NCBI RefSeq assembly: GCF_964194155.1
Contig: NC_135907.1
Location: forward strand, 15,872,001-15,936,000
From: Cetorhinus maximus
Lineage: Eukaryota
Length of the DNA: 64,000 nucleotides
Direction of reading: 5' to 3'
A model generated the notes under the pieces. The model was not told where the DNA came from. It saw nothing but the letters and a program-made list of their open reading frames with translations, and searched no databases. The position numbers and the translations under genes were made by a program. Of this stretch, positions 18,806-34,040 are shown one piece after another (the stretch's first letter is position 1; each line of letters opens with the position of its first letter).

Positions 18806-19680
18806 TCCCACCCACCACCCACCCCACTCCCCCCCACCCCACTCCTCCCCCCCCCCCCCCACCCCACTCTCCTCCCCCCCCACCCCACTCTCCTCCCCCA
18901 CCCCCCCACCCCACTCTCCTCCCCCCCACCCCACTCTCCTCCCCCCCCCCCCACTCTCTCCTCCCCCCCCACTCTCCTCCCCCCCCCCCACTCTCCTCCC
19001 CCCCCCCCACCCCACTCTCCTCCCCCACCCCACCCCACTCTCCTCCCCCCCCCCACCCCACTCTCCTCCCCCCCCCACCCCACTCTCCTCCCCCCCACCA
19101 CCCCACTCTCCTCCCCCCCACCCACCCCACTCTCCTCCCCCCCCCACCCCACTCTCCTCCCCCCCCCACCCCACTCTCCTCCCCCCCCCACCCCACTCTC
19201 CCCCCCCACCCAACACCCCACTCCTCCCCCCACCCCCACCCCCACCCCACTCCACTCTTCCCCCCACCCCACCCCACTCTTTCCCCCCACCCCCACCCCA
19301 CTCTTTCCCCCCACCCCCACCCCACTCTTTCCCCCCACCCCCACCCCACTCTTTCCCCCCACCCCCACCCCACTCTTTCCCCCCACCCCCACCCCACTCT
19401 TTCCCCCCACCCCCACCCCACTCTTTCCCCCCACCCCCACCCCACTCTTTCCCCCCACCCCCACCCCACTCTTTCCCCCCACCCCCACCCCACTCTTTCC
19501 CCCCACCCCCACCCCACTCTTTCCCCCCACCCCCACCCCACTCTTTCCCCCCACCCCCACCCCACTCTTTCCCCCCACCCCCACCCCACTCTTTCCCCCC
19601 ACCCCCACCCCACTCTTTCCCCCCACCCCCACCCCACTCTCTCCCCCCCCACCCCCCACCCCACTCCACTCCCCTACCCC
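18806..19680. repeat. C-rich minisatellite (G-quadruplex/i-motif prone)
   Basis: Irregular CCCCACTCTCCTC(C)n units, then ~15 near-perfect 24-bp units ACCCCACTCTTTCCCCCCACCCCC. Confidence 0.95.
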
Positions 19681-21163
19681 ACTACTCCATACTGCTTTTG
19701 CTCCAGTTCCTCTTGCTTCCAAATACATTGTACTTCCTCAAGTTAAGATTAAGGTGTGATCTTATATTGAGGTGTTGATGATTAAAGGATTTGATAGTTT
19801 CACCCTATTTCCCTGAGTCCTGAACAAGGGGGCAGAACCTTAGAGCTTGGACAGTCAGGGTTGATGTCCAGAAAACAGTTCTACACAGAGGGAAGAGGAA
19901 ATCTGGAGCTCTCTGTGCTCCAACACCCAACTCAAAAAACTGAGGCTGAGAGAAATGACATTTCAAAGTTAAAATGGGTAGTGTCTTGTTAGGCAGGGAT
20001 ATTAAGTCTTGTGGAACCAGGATGGGCATAAGTTAAGATACAGATCAGCTATGAATTAATTCAATGGCAGAACAAGAACATAAATAGGAGCAGGCCATTC
20101 AGCTCTTCAAGCCTGCTCCGCCATTCAATGAGATCTTGGTTCATCTTCTACTTCAACACTATTTTCCTGCATTATCCCCATATTACTCAATGTTATTAAT
20201 ACATAGAAATCTATCGATCTCAGTCTTGACAAAGTCAAGGGGCTAAATGGCCTACACTGAGCCTTCTAGCCAATTGTGTGGCAGATCACAAACTTTGATT
20301 TGAAAGCGACAGCAGTAGTGGTGCGAACAGAATTGGATGTGTTCCTGAATTCTCATTTTGGGTATCCTAGAATCACAAAAGGACACATTTTGTTCCTTCA
20401 GCAGGAAATAACATCATGTCCTTTGCTGCACCCATTTGTCTAAACTCCAGTATTGGGTTGTTGGAGGTCTATTTAGATTGGCTAATTCCCATCTTAAAAG
20501 TTTAGATGATATGGCATCTAGGATGTGCTTTTTTTTTTGGGAAACTACAACTGGAACAGATGGAATCTTAATCTTCCTTTCGCCAAAAAAAAAATCTCTA
20601 CTCATTTAAAAGACAATTGCATGATCATAGAGAACTCAGTGCTAATGAGAATACATTTGAGTCTGAGGCTGTCTGGAGGAAAAGGTCGTGGGAAGGGGGA
20701 AGCTTGCTTTAATTGAATTAATTTCCCTCTAGTCTTTGAAGGCTACATGGAACATTGGTGTCCAATGAAGGTTTGTCACATCCCACACTCCTTCCTCACA
20801 TTTCCATTGTAGGACTGCATCCCAGCCTATGAGAACTCTTGTTGATGATGTCAGCTCAGGAGGAGCACATCAAGGAGACATGGACAATTGTTCACCACCC
20901 TCCCGATCTGAAGGGGAGCCCAGTGGAAGACCCACGGTCTATCAATGTTGTGTCTAGGTAAGCCAGGCAGTACTTCAAGCTACCATTAGCTCCAAGGTAG
21001 AAATTAAAGCAATTGTCAATCAAAAGATTTTTATTTCAATTCATGTGGCACAGCAATTCAATGCTACAAGTTCTTTCTTCCTGGAGAAAGCCAAATTGTC
21101 CAGGTCTAGTTGGAAACATCACATACAAGCAAAGTAATCTACAATCAGATACTAGATGCCACG

Positions 21164-23744
<2,581 letters not shown>

Positions 23745-23851
23745 TTTGTAAATGCAGGCTTCTTTTCCTTAATTTTCACCAAAACACAAACCCTATCACA
23801 AATTTAGGATGAACACCAACAATACCTAAAACTTCACTTATCAGACTTAGA

Positions 23852-24003
23852 TTTATACTCCAGGGCCACAGCCTCATTTTATTAAGCAGGAAGTGACAAC
23901 ATCAATGATGGGCAGCCATTCTTGTTAACCAATCAAACAGCTGCCAGGTCCAATTGGGTTCCAATCAGCGCAGGGTAGGATTTGGGACACAGGAGCCAAT
24001 CAG
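23852..24003 (-). promoter_or_regulatory. Ferritin copy 4 promoter
   Basis: Reverse complement of the copy 3 promoter. TATAAA at 23857-23852, with the CCAAT boxes and CAGCTG retained. Confidence 0.75.
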
Positions 24004-25528
24004 AATGTTAAAGGAGGGGCTCCATTGATTGACAATTCAACCATGATGGAATTGCTGATTGATCTTTGACCATCTTAGAGTCATAGAGTCATAGAGGTCT
24101 ACAGCACAGAAAAAGGCCCTTCGGCCCATCGAGTCTGCGCTGCTCAAACAAGTACCTAACTATTCCAATCCCATTTTTCAGCACTAGGCCCATAGCCTTG
24201 TATGTTATGGCATCGCAAGTGCACATCCAAATACTTCTTAAGTATTCACAAATGCAAACTCTGAAAGTATCTCTACCTAAAAAGTGACAACAGAATATAC
24301 TCTCAAACCTTATTTTGACATTTGATTGGAGGTATTAATGTACAAAAACTAACACCATTAATGGAAAATTTAAGATGCTAATTACAGACAAATAATTAAG
24401 AATGCGGATCAACATAAGTAAAATGATTGCCATAGTTAAAACACTGCCATAGCAAATAGATCATATCCAGAAAGGCAGTTCCTATGGAAAACTCAGCGAT
24501 TTGAATTGACCCGCCCGCGGAAAATGGCGGCGCGGAGCCAATTGGTCAGCTCTGTGACCGTCCCTGCCCGTTCCCCCGAGCCTGCCCAACGTGGGAACAA
24601 TTCAGGTCTTTGTATCAGACTCCAGATCAGCATCCGAAGTGGGGAGGTAGATTGCAGTAGGGGAGTAGTTTTGGTTGAAGGGCCCCGAGTCTCGCTGGGT
24701 TACGGTTTCAATCTCAGCCGCCATTTTCTGCGGCCAAGCATGAATAATAACTGCACACATCCAAAACAGACAGGCCCAAAAAGACCATCAACCATCAAGC
24801 CTGTCCCACACTCATGATGTCCGGAGCATGAGTGTGGGCAACACCGGAAAAGCCGGCATTTATTGCCCATCCCTAATTGCGTTTGCGAAGGTGACGGTGA
24901 ACAAATTGCTGTCTTCGTTTCAGCAAAATACCCTGAAGTAAGTCCTGTTCTTTCAGCACGTACTTAATAAAAACCAAAAACGCTGCTGCAAAATCTATGA
25001 AGGGAAAACTCACTTGACCCCCACCTTCCCGTCCTCTCCTGCACATAGGGCAGGTTTTTTTGCTCCTATATGGGGGACAAGGGAGGGGAAGGTACAAATT
25101 ACATGCTGCTGGCACCATCCCCACCATGTTCCTGGTGAGGGTATTGGCAACAGAAGGGCTGGAAGGCCTGCAAGCTGGTAGCCTGGTTCCCGCACCATGG
25201 TGGGGTAGGGGGCTGCAGGATGACTGGAAAATTCCAGTAGCTCTTCCAGTGCAGATCCCGCCTTGTGAAAATGGCCCAGCGTCGAGATGTTGCTGGCAAA
25301 CCAGCAACGCCATTTATGTCCGTGCTCCCCTGGACAACTAGCTCCATAACATAACCCTTATGCTACCACCCATGATGGGCTCATAAGTGCACTTCCCCTT
25401 TCCTTGGACTTTTATCTTGGGTCCAGTTTCTTGTTTTCCATCATTTTCTATCCTGGGACTAATCCAATTGAATCCAGAAAGTGACAGGTGGTCTTTTGTT
25501 TAGCATAACTGGGTGCTTCTACATAATT

Positions 25529-25913
25529 AATTGCTGAAAAAAAAGAGACATGATGCTGAAGCTTTTCATCTTGATCTCATCAGGACAGATGCAAAAATGC
25601 CAAATTTCAAAAGGAGCAACGGGTTATAATGCATGAGAAAAGGGTGGTGATTGGTTGGTAAGTCGGTTCTGGTTGGTCAAGGCATTACCATGGAGAATGC
25701 ACCAGGGAGCTATTGTCCCTCAAGCTTTTGTTCAATTCAAAAATGCATCCTCCACGGCAATGCCTCAACCAATCAGAGTCAACTTGTCAACCAATCAGCA
25801 CCTTTTTCTCATGGAGTTTAATTTTTGTTCCCTTTGAAATTTGGCATTCTTGCATCTGTCCTGGTGAGTGCAAGGTGAAAATCTTTGATAGCATGTCTCT
25901 TTTTTCAGCAATT
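25529..25913. mobile_element. Palindromic (fold-back) element with inverted hammerhead-like motifs
   Basis: ~170-bp imperfect terminal inverted repeats (AATTGCTGAAAAAA...TTTTTTCAGCAATT). CTGTC-CTGRTGA...GAAA motifs at 25558-25588 (-) and 25856-25891 (+). Confidence 0.75.
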
Positions 25914-26063
25914 CTCAAGTTCGCTACTACCAAGAGACTACACAGCTAATTATTGGCTAGTCGCACAATGTTACTTCAAGTAATTCAATGCAGGCGGAGA
26001 GGAGACAATAAGAAACACAAATTCAAGCAGAGGAACTAACCTCTCCATTTATTTTCTCAATAG

Positions 26064-27419
26064 ACCGTCAACCAGATTCACGTGCACCTAATTGGGGCCT
26101 TTCTCACCTTCTTTATTGGGAACCTCTACTTCTGGCTCCAGGTGGCACTCACCTACAAGATACAACCAAGGCATGGAGGGAAGTGGATTGGCCCTGTCCG
26201 GATAATCTGCTGCCTTGTATGCACAGTCTGCCTCATCCTGTGTATCCTTTAGCCAGAAGGCAATATATTGATTAACATTATCAACGCGCACAAAGACTGT
26301 GTGACTGCATCACCTTCGTTCAAATCCGACCCAGGATAAGAAGGGATGGTGAAAAGAATGGTTCCAGGGAGGAACGTCGGTTACATTGATAGCTTGGAGA
26401 AGCTGGGGCTGTTTTCCTTGGAGAAGAGAAGGCTGAGAGGAGATTTGATAGAGGTGTTCAAAATCATGAGGGGTTTGGACAGTAGATGGGGAGAAACTGG
26501 TGGAAGGATTGAGAATGAGAGGGCACAGATTGAAGTTGGTTGGTGAAAGAAGCAATGGAGACGTGAGGAGAAACTTTTTCACACAGCGAGTGGTTAGGAT
26601 GTGGAATGCGCTGCCTCAGAGCGTGGTGGAGGCAGGTTCCATCACGTTAGGGAATTGAAGAGAGAATTGGATTATTATCTGAAAAGAAAGAATGTGCAGG
26701 GTTACGAGGAATGGCACTAGTTGCATTGCTCATTCGGAGAGCCAGCACCTCATGATGGGCAGAAAGGCCTCCTTCTGTGCTGTGCTGTGATTTTGTGAAG
26801 ATCCCATTCTCTGAAGAGGTTCAGTGAGCCAGAAAGACATTTCTTCTCAGGGACCCGATCAAATTGGCACTCTCAGCTCCCTCGGGCGCTTTAGTGTTGG
26901 TAGGCCCCGGAGACCAGAAGGCCTCAGGCTCTATTCCTGCTTTTCGGTGGTTCGGCAGGTACTGACACTTTGATTGTCCTCTGGGCCCTGGGACTAGATG
27001 GAGAATCCGGGGTCAGGTGGGGCGGAGTAAAATCAACCTGAATTCTTGCTCACTATGGAATGTCAGCCAGTTGGGATAGATACTGGAGGGGAGCCAGCAT
27101 TTGGGGAATAGTCACTTCATGATAAGTTAGGAGACTCAATAAGACAGATCAGGAGAGAAAGTCCTTCACCTCATAGGCGGTATTCTGGAACTAAACCACC
27201 ATCTTTGAGCCTGTTTCCTTGACCATTCCACCAGTGGTGCTGCTGCACAATTTGAAGAGAAGAACAGCTGCGGCGATATGTGAATGGATTGCTGGGATGG
27301 TTCTCCTCCTGCTCTTTGGCCTCTTTGCTGTGGATTTTCGGCACATTAACGGTCAATACTTCCACGTCATGCTGGACAAGACCAGAATTCAAAACTCAAC
27401 CACCACATTGGAGTTATAG
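26064..27419 (+). pseudogene. TMEM150B: Partial inverted duplicate of TMEM150B (last two coding exons only)
   Basis: Exons 26064-26241 and 27235-27419 match 47642-47465 and 46471-46287. The breakpoint at 25949 lies in intron 4, so exons 1-4 are missing. Confidence 0.9.
26350..26790 (+). mobile_element. CR1-type LINE 3' fragment (mirror copy ~46915-47350, minus)
   Basis: [27 protein letters not shown] motif. Confidence 0.85.
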
Positions 27420-28019
27420 CAGGAGCCATATTGAACTGCAATGCCTATTCTTTTTTAAGAGAAAAATAACATTTTATAGAGTTTGACTGGTCTCTTTTGC
27501 TGCTCTGTGGGGCTGGGAAGACTGTGGGATGATTCATCACACGCCCGTGACGTGGCCTGGGATGTTTTATTGCATTAAAGGTGCTACAGGAATGCAGGTT
27601 GTTGTAGTGTAAAAATGAGTGCAAGGCATCGGTCAATCCCAGTCATTTGAGGGAGCTCAGAATTAGGGGAAAAAGGAAATCACCGTTATGATCAATATCC
27701 TTCTGCTTGTTTTTACCCAGCTTGATTAATCTGTGTTCACCAAATCTAGTCATCTCTGTATGGCATTAAGATAGATGTCACCATGATCCATTGAAGCCAG
27801 GAACAAGCTGGATGGGCTGAGTGGTCTCCTCCTGTTCCTACCAATCAACTCATGGAATTGTTATGGCGAACTGACTGTGCCGGACCATTTCAGGGCACTG
27901 GATTAACAGCAATACAGATACAAAGGCATTTCTATGCCACCTTTTTATAATCTCAGGAGGTGCCAAAGTGCTTTAGAACCATTGAAGTACTTGCACTCAC
28001 TGTTGGAATGGTAGGAAGT

Positions 28020-28440
28020 ACATCAACAACAACTTAGATTTCTATACCACCTGGAATTTAGTGGAACAGTCCAAGGCGCTTCACAGAAGAAAAATAAAAT
28101 TTGACACCGAGCCACCTAAGGAGATATTGGGGCAACTTACCGAAAGTTTAGACAATGAAGTAGGCTTTAAACTGAGTCTAATGGAGGAGGGCAAGACAGG
28201 AAGAGAGGTTTCGAGAGGGAATTGCAGAGTTTAGGGACTTGGCCATTCGAGGCACGGCCGCCAATGTCGGAAAGATAACAATCGGGAATGAGCAAAATGC
28301 CGGATTGGGAGGAGTGCAGAGATCTCGGAGGGTTGTAGAGCTGGAGGAGATGACGGAGAGTGGGAGAGGCGAGGCTGGTAAAAACAAGCATGAGGATTTT
28401 TAAAATGAAAGAGGTGCCGTTGTGGGTTAGCGAACATAGG
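28020..28440 (-). mobile_element. L2/CR1-clade LINE 3' fragment (mirror ~45330-45750; related 58775-59160)
   Basis: ORF remnant FKILMLVF...LLQLYNPPRSLHSS...KLCNSL. Confidence 0.65.
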
Positions 28441-29102
28441 GATGATGGATAAACAACAATCAATTTGTCCACAGCAAGCTCCCACTAACAATGTGATAAT
28501 GACCAGGTAAGCTGTCTATGTGATGTTGATTAAGGGATCAATATTGACCAGGTCACTGGGGAGAACCCCCTCTGCCCTTCTTCGAAGCAGTGCTGTGATA
28601 TCTTTTACGTCTGCCTGTGAAGGCAAACGGGGTCTCGCGATGTTAGCATCTCATCTGAAAGATGCCACCTCAGCACTGCAACTGGAATGTTATCTTGTGT
28701 AGAGATACAGACAACAGCACAGGAAACCAGACGGGAGGGTCATTGAGCCCACAGCGTGAGAACTTGATGAGAGAGAGAGAGAGAGACACTGCCGGAAAGC
28801 TTGATTAATGTCATACCGTCACTGAGCTGGGTTCATCGGTCTTCTGCTTGTTACCTCACATCCTTCTTAATATCAAAGTTCAATGAGTCCTTTTATCCAG
28901 TTCATTGGAGTTAGCAACACACTCCATTTATTGACATTTAGTAATATGAGCAGATATATAGAGAGCAATTAAGTTCAATGATGTTTGTTAGCAGTATGAC
29001 TTCTTCTAATGATGTGAAGACTGGCCGTGTGCCTGTACATTAGCAATCGTCACCCAGACACCCCACCCCTCCCACAGGTTAATCCACAATATCGAGCAGT
29101 GT

Positions 29103-29470
29103 GGGGAGGTAGTGGCATAATGGTATTGTCACTGGACTAGTATTCCAGCTAACCCACCATCATGCTCAGGGGACCCTGGGTTCAAACCTCACTACTGAAA
29201 ATGGTGAAATTTAAATTCAATAAAAATCTGGAATTAAAAGTCTAATGATGAAACCATTGCTGATTTTTGTAAAAACCCATCTGGTTCCCTAATGTCCTTT
29301 AGGGAAAGAAATCTGCTGTCCTTACCTGGTCTGGCCTACATGTGACTCTAGACCCAAAGCAATGTGGTTGACTCTTAAAACAAAACGCCCTCTAAATGAG
29401 GGCAGGTAGGGGTGGGCAATAAATGCTGGCCTAGACAGCGATGCCCACATCCCATGAATGAATTAAAAAA
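29103..29470 (+). mobile_element. tRNA-derived SINE (mirror 44320-44685, minus)
   Basis: Same family as 11837-12330. Confidence 0.75.
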
Positions 29471-29939
29471 AGTAGAGGTACTAATATTATACTTAGCAAA
29501 GATCACGTTCTCTAGGAGAGGGAAATTTGTGTATAATTATATTACATACAAGATTCTAAAACAAAGGCAAGTAAGTATGTTTTCAAAGAAAAGAAACTGG
29601 AAAAGAGGTTGATCATTGTATTTATTTAATTTATATGTTGTCCAATGGCTTGTGATGAATTCTGATGAACAACGGAAACTGCATGATTTGTACATTGACA
29701 GACTGGAATTTAAACCCAGCCATGGAATCAGAGGCTTGGTCTTATTTCAGCAGAACGTGGCCTTTCGTAGAAGAATGCAGTATAGAAGGAGGCCATTTGG
29801 CCCACTGGGTCTGCACTAGCTTTTTTGAAGAGGATCTCAGTCCTACTGCCAGGCTCTTTCCCCATAATCTTGCAATTTTTTTTCCGCTTCAAGTTCGGTC
29901 CCACCTTCTGCTGGGAAATGATCATAAGATCATTAGTTC

Positions 29940-30670
29940 ATAAAAAATAGGAGCAGGAGGAAGCCATTCAGCCCCTCGAGCCTGCTTCACCATTCAATGA
30001 GACCATGGCTGATCTGATTGTGGCCTCAGCTCCACCTTCCTGCCTGTTCCCCCATACCCTTGATTCCTCTGTCAATCAAAAATCTGTCTCACTCATCCTT
30101 AATGTATTCAGCCTCCATTGCTCTCTGGGGTGAGAATTCCAAAGATTATCAAGCCTCTGAGAGAAGAAATTCCTTCTCATCTCAGTCTTAAATTGGAGAC
30201 CCCTTATCTTTAAATTGTGACCCCTAGTTCTAGATCCCTCCATGAGAGGAATCATCCTCTCAGCATCTACCCTGTCAAGCCCCCTCAGAACCTTATATGT
30301 TTCAATAAAATCACCTCTCATTTTTCTAAACTCCAATGAGTACAGGCCCAACCTGCTCAACCTTTCCCATAAGATAACCCCTTCATCCCACGAATCAGCC
30401 TGGTGAACCTTCTCTGAATTGCTTCCAATTCAAGTATATCCTTTCTTAAGTAAGGAGACCAAAACTGTACACAGCACTCCAGGTGTGGTCTCACCAATGT
30501 CCTCTACAGTTGTAGCTAGACTTCCCTAATTTTATACTCCCATCCCCCTTGCAATAATGGCCAATATTCCATTTACCTTCCTAATTAATTGCTGTACCTG
30601 CATGTTGACATTTTGTGATTCATGTACAAAGACATCCAGATCCCTCTGAACTGCAGCTTTTTGCAGTCTT
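29940..30670 (-). mobile_element. CR1-type LINE 3' fragment (mirror ~43135-43860, plus)
   Basis: [35 protein letters not shown]...RTRGHNLKIRG. Confidence 0.85.
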
Positions 30671-30692
30671 AGGATGACCAAACATTTAGTAA

Positions 30693-30839
30693 CTCAGTTC
30701 TGCCGAAGGGTCGTGAAGGCTCGAAACGTTAACTGATTTCTTCTCCACCGATGCTGCCAGACCTGCTGAGTTTTTCCAGGTAATTCTGTTTTTGTTTTGG
30801 ATTTCCAGAATCCGCAGTAGCTTTTAGCTTTTTGTTTTT
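30693..30839 (+). mobile_element. 147-bp hammerhead-motif element with 9-bp TSD
   Basis: Flanked by ATTTAGTAA (30684-30692, 30840-30848). Absent from the mirror arm, which has a single TTACTAAAT at ~43112-43120. Confidence 0.85.
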
Positions 30840-31369
30840 ATTTAGTAAGTGGTGCCTAACAGGGCTACACCACAGGGAAGGGAGAGCATAGTCTTCACCT
30901 TCAACCATCTCCAGTAGTAAGGCTGAGACTGGGTTATCACTGCCGTGGGAAATCACTCATGCTTAACCAACCCAGTAGTATCCAGTCACATGTATTTCTT
31001 TACCGTGTCTCAGGGAAGAAATGATTTTTTCCCAAAGACTTTTTCCAAAATTGAGTTCCGATGTCAACATGATCTGTTTTTTTCTGATTGTAGTGTTTTA
31101 TTTTACACATTTATATGGTGGAACTGCTTTGTGTAGGGATGAATTACCTGTCTCCTTTGTATCCTGACATTCAAGCCCTCGGAGCCCTAGCGACTCAGGT
31201 CTTTCTGCACAATTTCAAATTTAAAAAGACTGTTCTTAGCGCTGTTGTCTCATTGGCGAATAAACATTAATTCTGTATTGACAAATTGAGATATCTGCAA
31301 ATGAACAGCAACGTGGACTTAAAGTATTCTGTAATAAAGAGAATCGATTCCAGTTCAGTTTTTTGACCA

Positions 31370-31970
31370 GCCACATAAACACAATGGCTACAAAAGCAGG
31401 CCTGGCTCTGGTTATACTGTGAGTGACTCACCTCCTGACTCTCCAGAGCCCTTCCACCATCAGCAAGAGTTAAGTCAAGAGTGTGATGGAGTACTCTCCA
31501 CTTGCCTAGATGAGTGCAGTTCTAACACTCAAGAAGCTCAGCATCGCCCAGGCTAAGGCAGCCCCCTTGATCGACACCCCATCCAGCACCTTAAATATAC
31601 ACCCCTCCACCATCAGACTACCGTGGCTACAGAGTACAAGATGCACAGCAGCAACTTGTCAAAGCTGCTTTGACATCACTTTCTAGACTTGCGACCTTTC
31701 TCATCTAGAAGATGAAGGGCAGCAAATGCAAGGGAAAACCACCACCTCCGAGCCCCTTGTCCCATCCCCAAGTCACTCACCATCCTGACTTGGAACCATA
31801 TCAGTGTTACCTCACTGTCGCCGGGTCAAAATCCTGGAACTCACTCCCTAACAGCACAGTGGGTGTACCTACACCACATGGACTGCAGTGGTTCAGGAAG
31901 GCGGCTCACCACCACCTTCTCAAGGGCAATAAATGCTGGCCTTGCTAGTGATGCCCACAGCCCAAGATTA
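31370..31970 (+). mobile_element. LINE 3' fragment (mirror ~42000-42590)
   Basis: Same family as 3220-3950. Confidence 0.7.
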
Positions 31971-33249
31971 AGTTTTAAAAAAAGGACAAGGGGTGTAACA
32001 TCAAAATTAGAGTTAGGCTATTCAGGGGTGATGTCAGGAAGCACTTCACAAAAAGGGTGGAGGAAATTTGGAACTTCCACTCAAACAGTTGCTGAGGCTG
32101 GAGGGTGATCAATGAAAATGTCAAATCTGATATTGATAGATTGAACTTTGGCAAGGTTATTAAGCATTATGGAACTAAGATGGGTAAATTGAGTTAAGAT
32201 ACAGAGGTGCTGTAATCTAATTAAATGACAAAGCAGATACGAGGGGCTGAATGGCCTCCTCCAGTGCCTATGCCCCTTCCTATGAGTCCTGGGTATCACG
32301 TGAACACACCCCTACATAGTACACAAAGTCAAAGGTTTGACAAGTCCTAACATAGCTCACTAGCACAGGAGCACACTTTAGTCATCCTCTATAATAAGCC
32401 TACAAAATAGAGTTGTATTGTAGGGTGGCTGAGTTGTGCTGTTAATGATTGAGTTGATCTGCAGACACTTCTTGACTGGAAACATTAAGTTTATTTACAA
32501 TATACTTAGCAGCAACTACACGTGTGCTTTCAACTCCACCTCCACCATTAGACTGACTGCTGAGGTGGCCCGCACTACTCTCCTATTGGTTACTACAGAT
32601 CCTGTGATCTTCCTTAACAAGTATTATTCTTAAAGATACATTGCACACTAAATAAAACCATAATTACTACAAGTCGTCAAGCTTCCCGACATATTCCAAG
32701 AGAACTCACCACATGGCCTTTCACCTCCAACTCCTGCCCCCACATTCCTGCCATTGATCACCTGATCTAGCCATCCTTGTGGTGCCCCATTTCCCACGCC
32801 AATTGGAAAGCAAATAGACTCTCCCAAGGATCTTCCCCAGATCTCCAATAGTTTGTGTAACTAAATGAAAGTGTTCAAAGAAAATGATTTTGTTTGGACC
32901 ATGATTTATCTCCCAGTTTTGCCAACAGCAACATCCAAGCGATTAACATTTAATTCTTGGAAACCCGCGGGGTAAACCTGGAGAGTTGGTAAGCCCACCC
33001 TTCACTATGGCACAGCATCATTGCCAGTACCCGCAGGACATCTGTTTGATGTAATCTGCAATAATTCAAATTGTTCTTTTTTTAAAAATTAAGGGCCATA
33101 ACTTCCGATGGAGTGGCAATTGAGTCGGATTGAGCCTGAAAATCCAGCTGATCCTATCACGCCCGACCTAAAGACTGATTCAGAGAGCAGGGGGGGTCTT
33201 TATAATTCTACCCTTGACCGACTTCCTATTCGCTCTGCCATGTGACATG

Positions 33250-34040
33250 CGGACATACGAATTAGGAGCAGCAATAGGCCACTCGGCCCCTCGAGCCTGC
33301 TTCGCCATTCAATAAGATCATGGCTGATCTCATTTTAACCTCAACTCTTGATTTGGAAATATATCGCCGTTCCTTCACTGTCGCTGGGTTGAAATCCTGG
33401 AAATCCTTCCCTAACAGCACTGTGAGTGTACCTACAACACAAGGACTGCAAGCGGTTCAAGAAGGCAGCTCGCCACCACCTTCTCAGGGGCAATTAGGGA
33501 TGGGTAATAAATGCTGGCCCAGCCACAGCCATATCCCATGAATGAATAAAAAAATTATTCCCGCCTACCCTTGTTAACCTTTCACCCCCTTGCTTATCAA
33601 AAATATATCTGCCTCTGCTTTAAAAATATTTCGTTTCTGCTTCCACTGCCTTTGGAGGAAGAGAGTTCCAAAGATCATAACCCATTGAGAGAAAAAAATT
33701 CTCATCTCTGTTCTAAATGGGCGACCCCTTATTTTTAAACAGTGGCCCTTAGTACTAGCTTCTCCCACAAGAGGAAACACCCTCTCCACATCGACCCTGT
33801 CAAGATCCCTCAGGATCTTACATGTTTCAATCAAGTCGCCTCTTACTCTTCTAAACTCCAGTGGGTACAAGCCTAGTCTGCCCAATCTTTCCTCATAAGG
33901 CAACCTGCCCAATCCAGGTATCAGCCTTGTAAACCTTCTCTGAACTGCTTCCAATGCATTTACATCCTTCCTTAAATAAGGAGACCAATGCTGCACACAG
34001 TACTCCAGATGTAATCTCACCTATGCCTTATAGAACTGAA
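33250..34040 (-). mobile_element. CR1-type LINE fragment with a nested opposite-strand LINE tail (~33350-33555)
   Basis: ORF 33574-34020 [35 protein letters not shown]. Confidence 0.85.

Larger units (their letters stand above)
25949..33169. repeat. Left arm of second large inverted duplication (mate 40799-47757)
   Basis: Reverse complement of 40799-47757 throughout, apart from several indels. Confidence 0.95.

Noticed and set aside
18720-19778. Long Pro/His- and Gly/Trp-rich ORFs (288-335 aa) in five frames
   Set aside because: Products of a stop-free C-rich minisatellite, absent from the mirror arm.
24506-25347. Overlapping 60-146 aa ORFs between the two inverted duplications
   Set aside because: Patchwork of repeat fragments with no recognisable domain or consistent splice structure.
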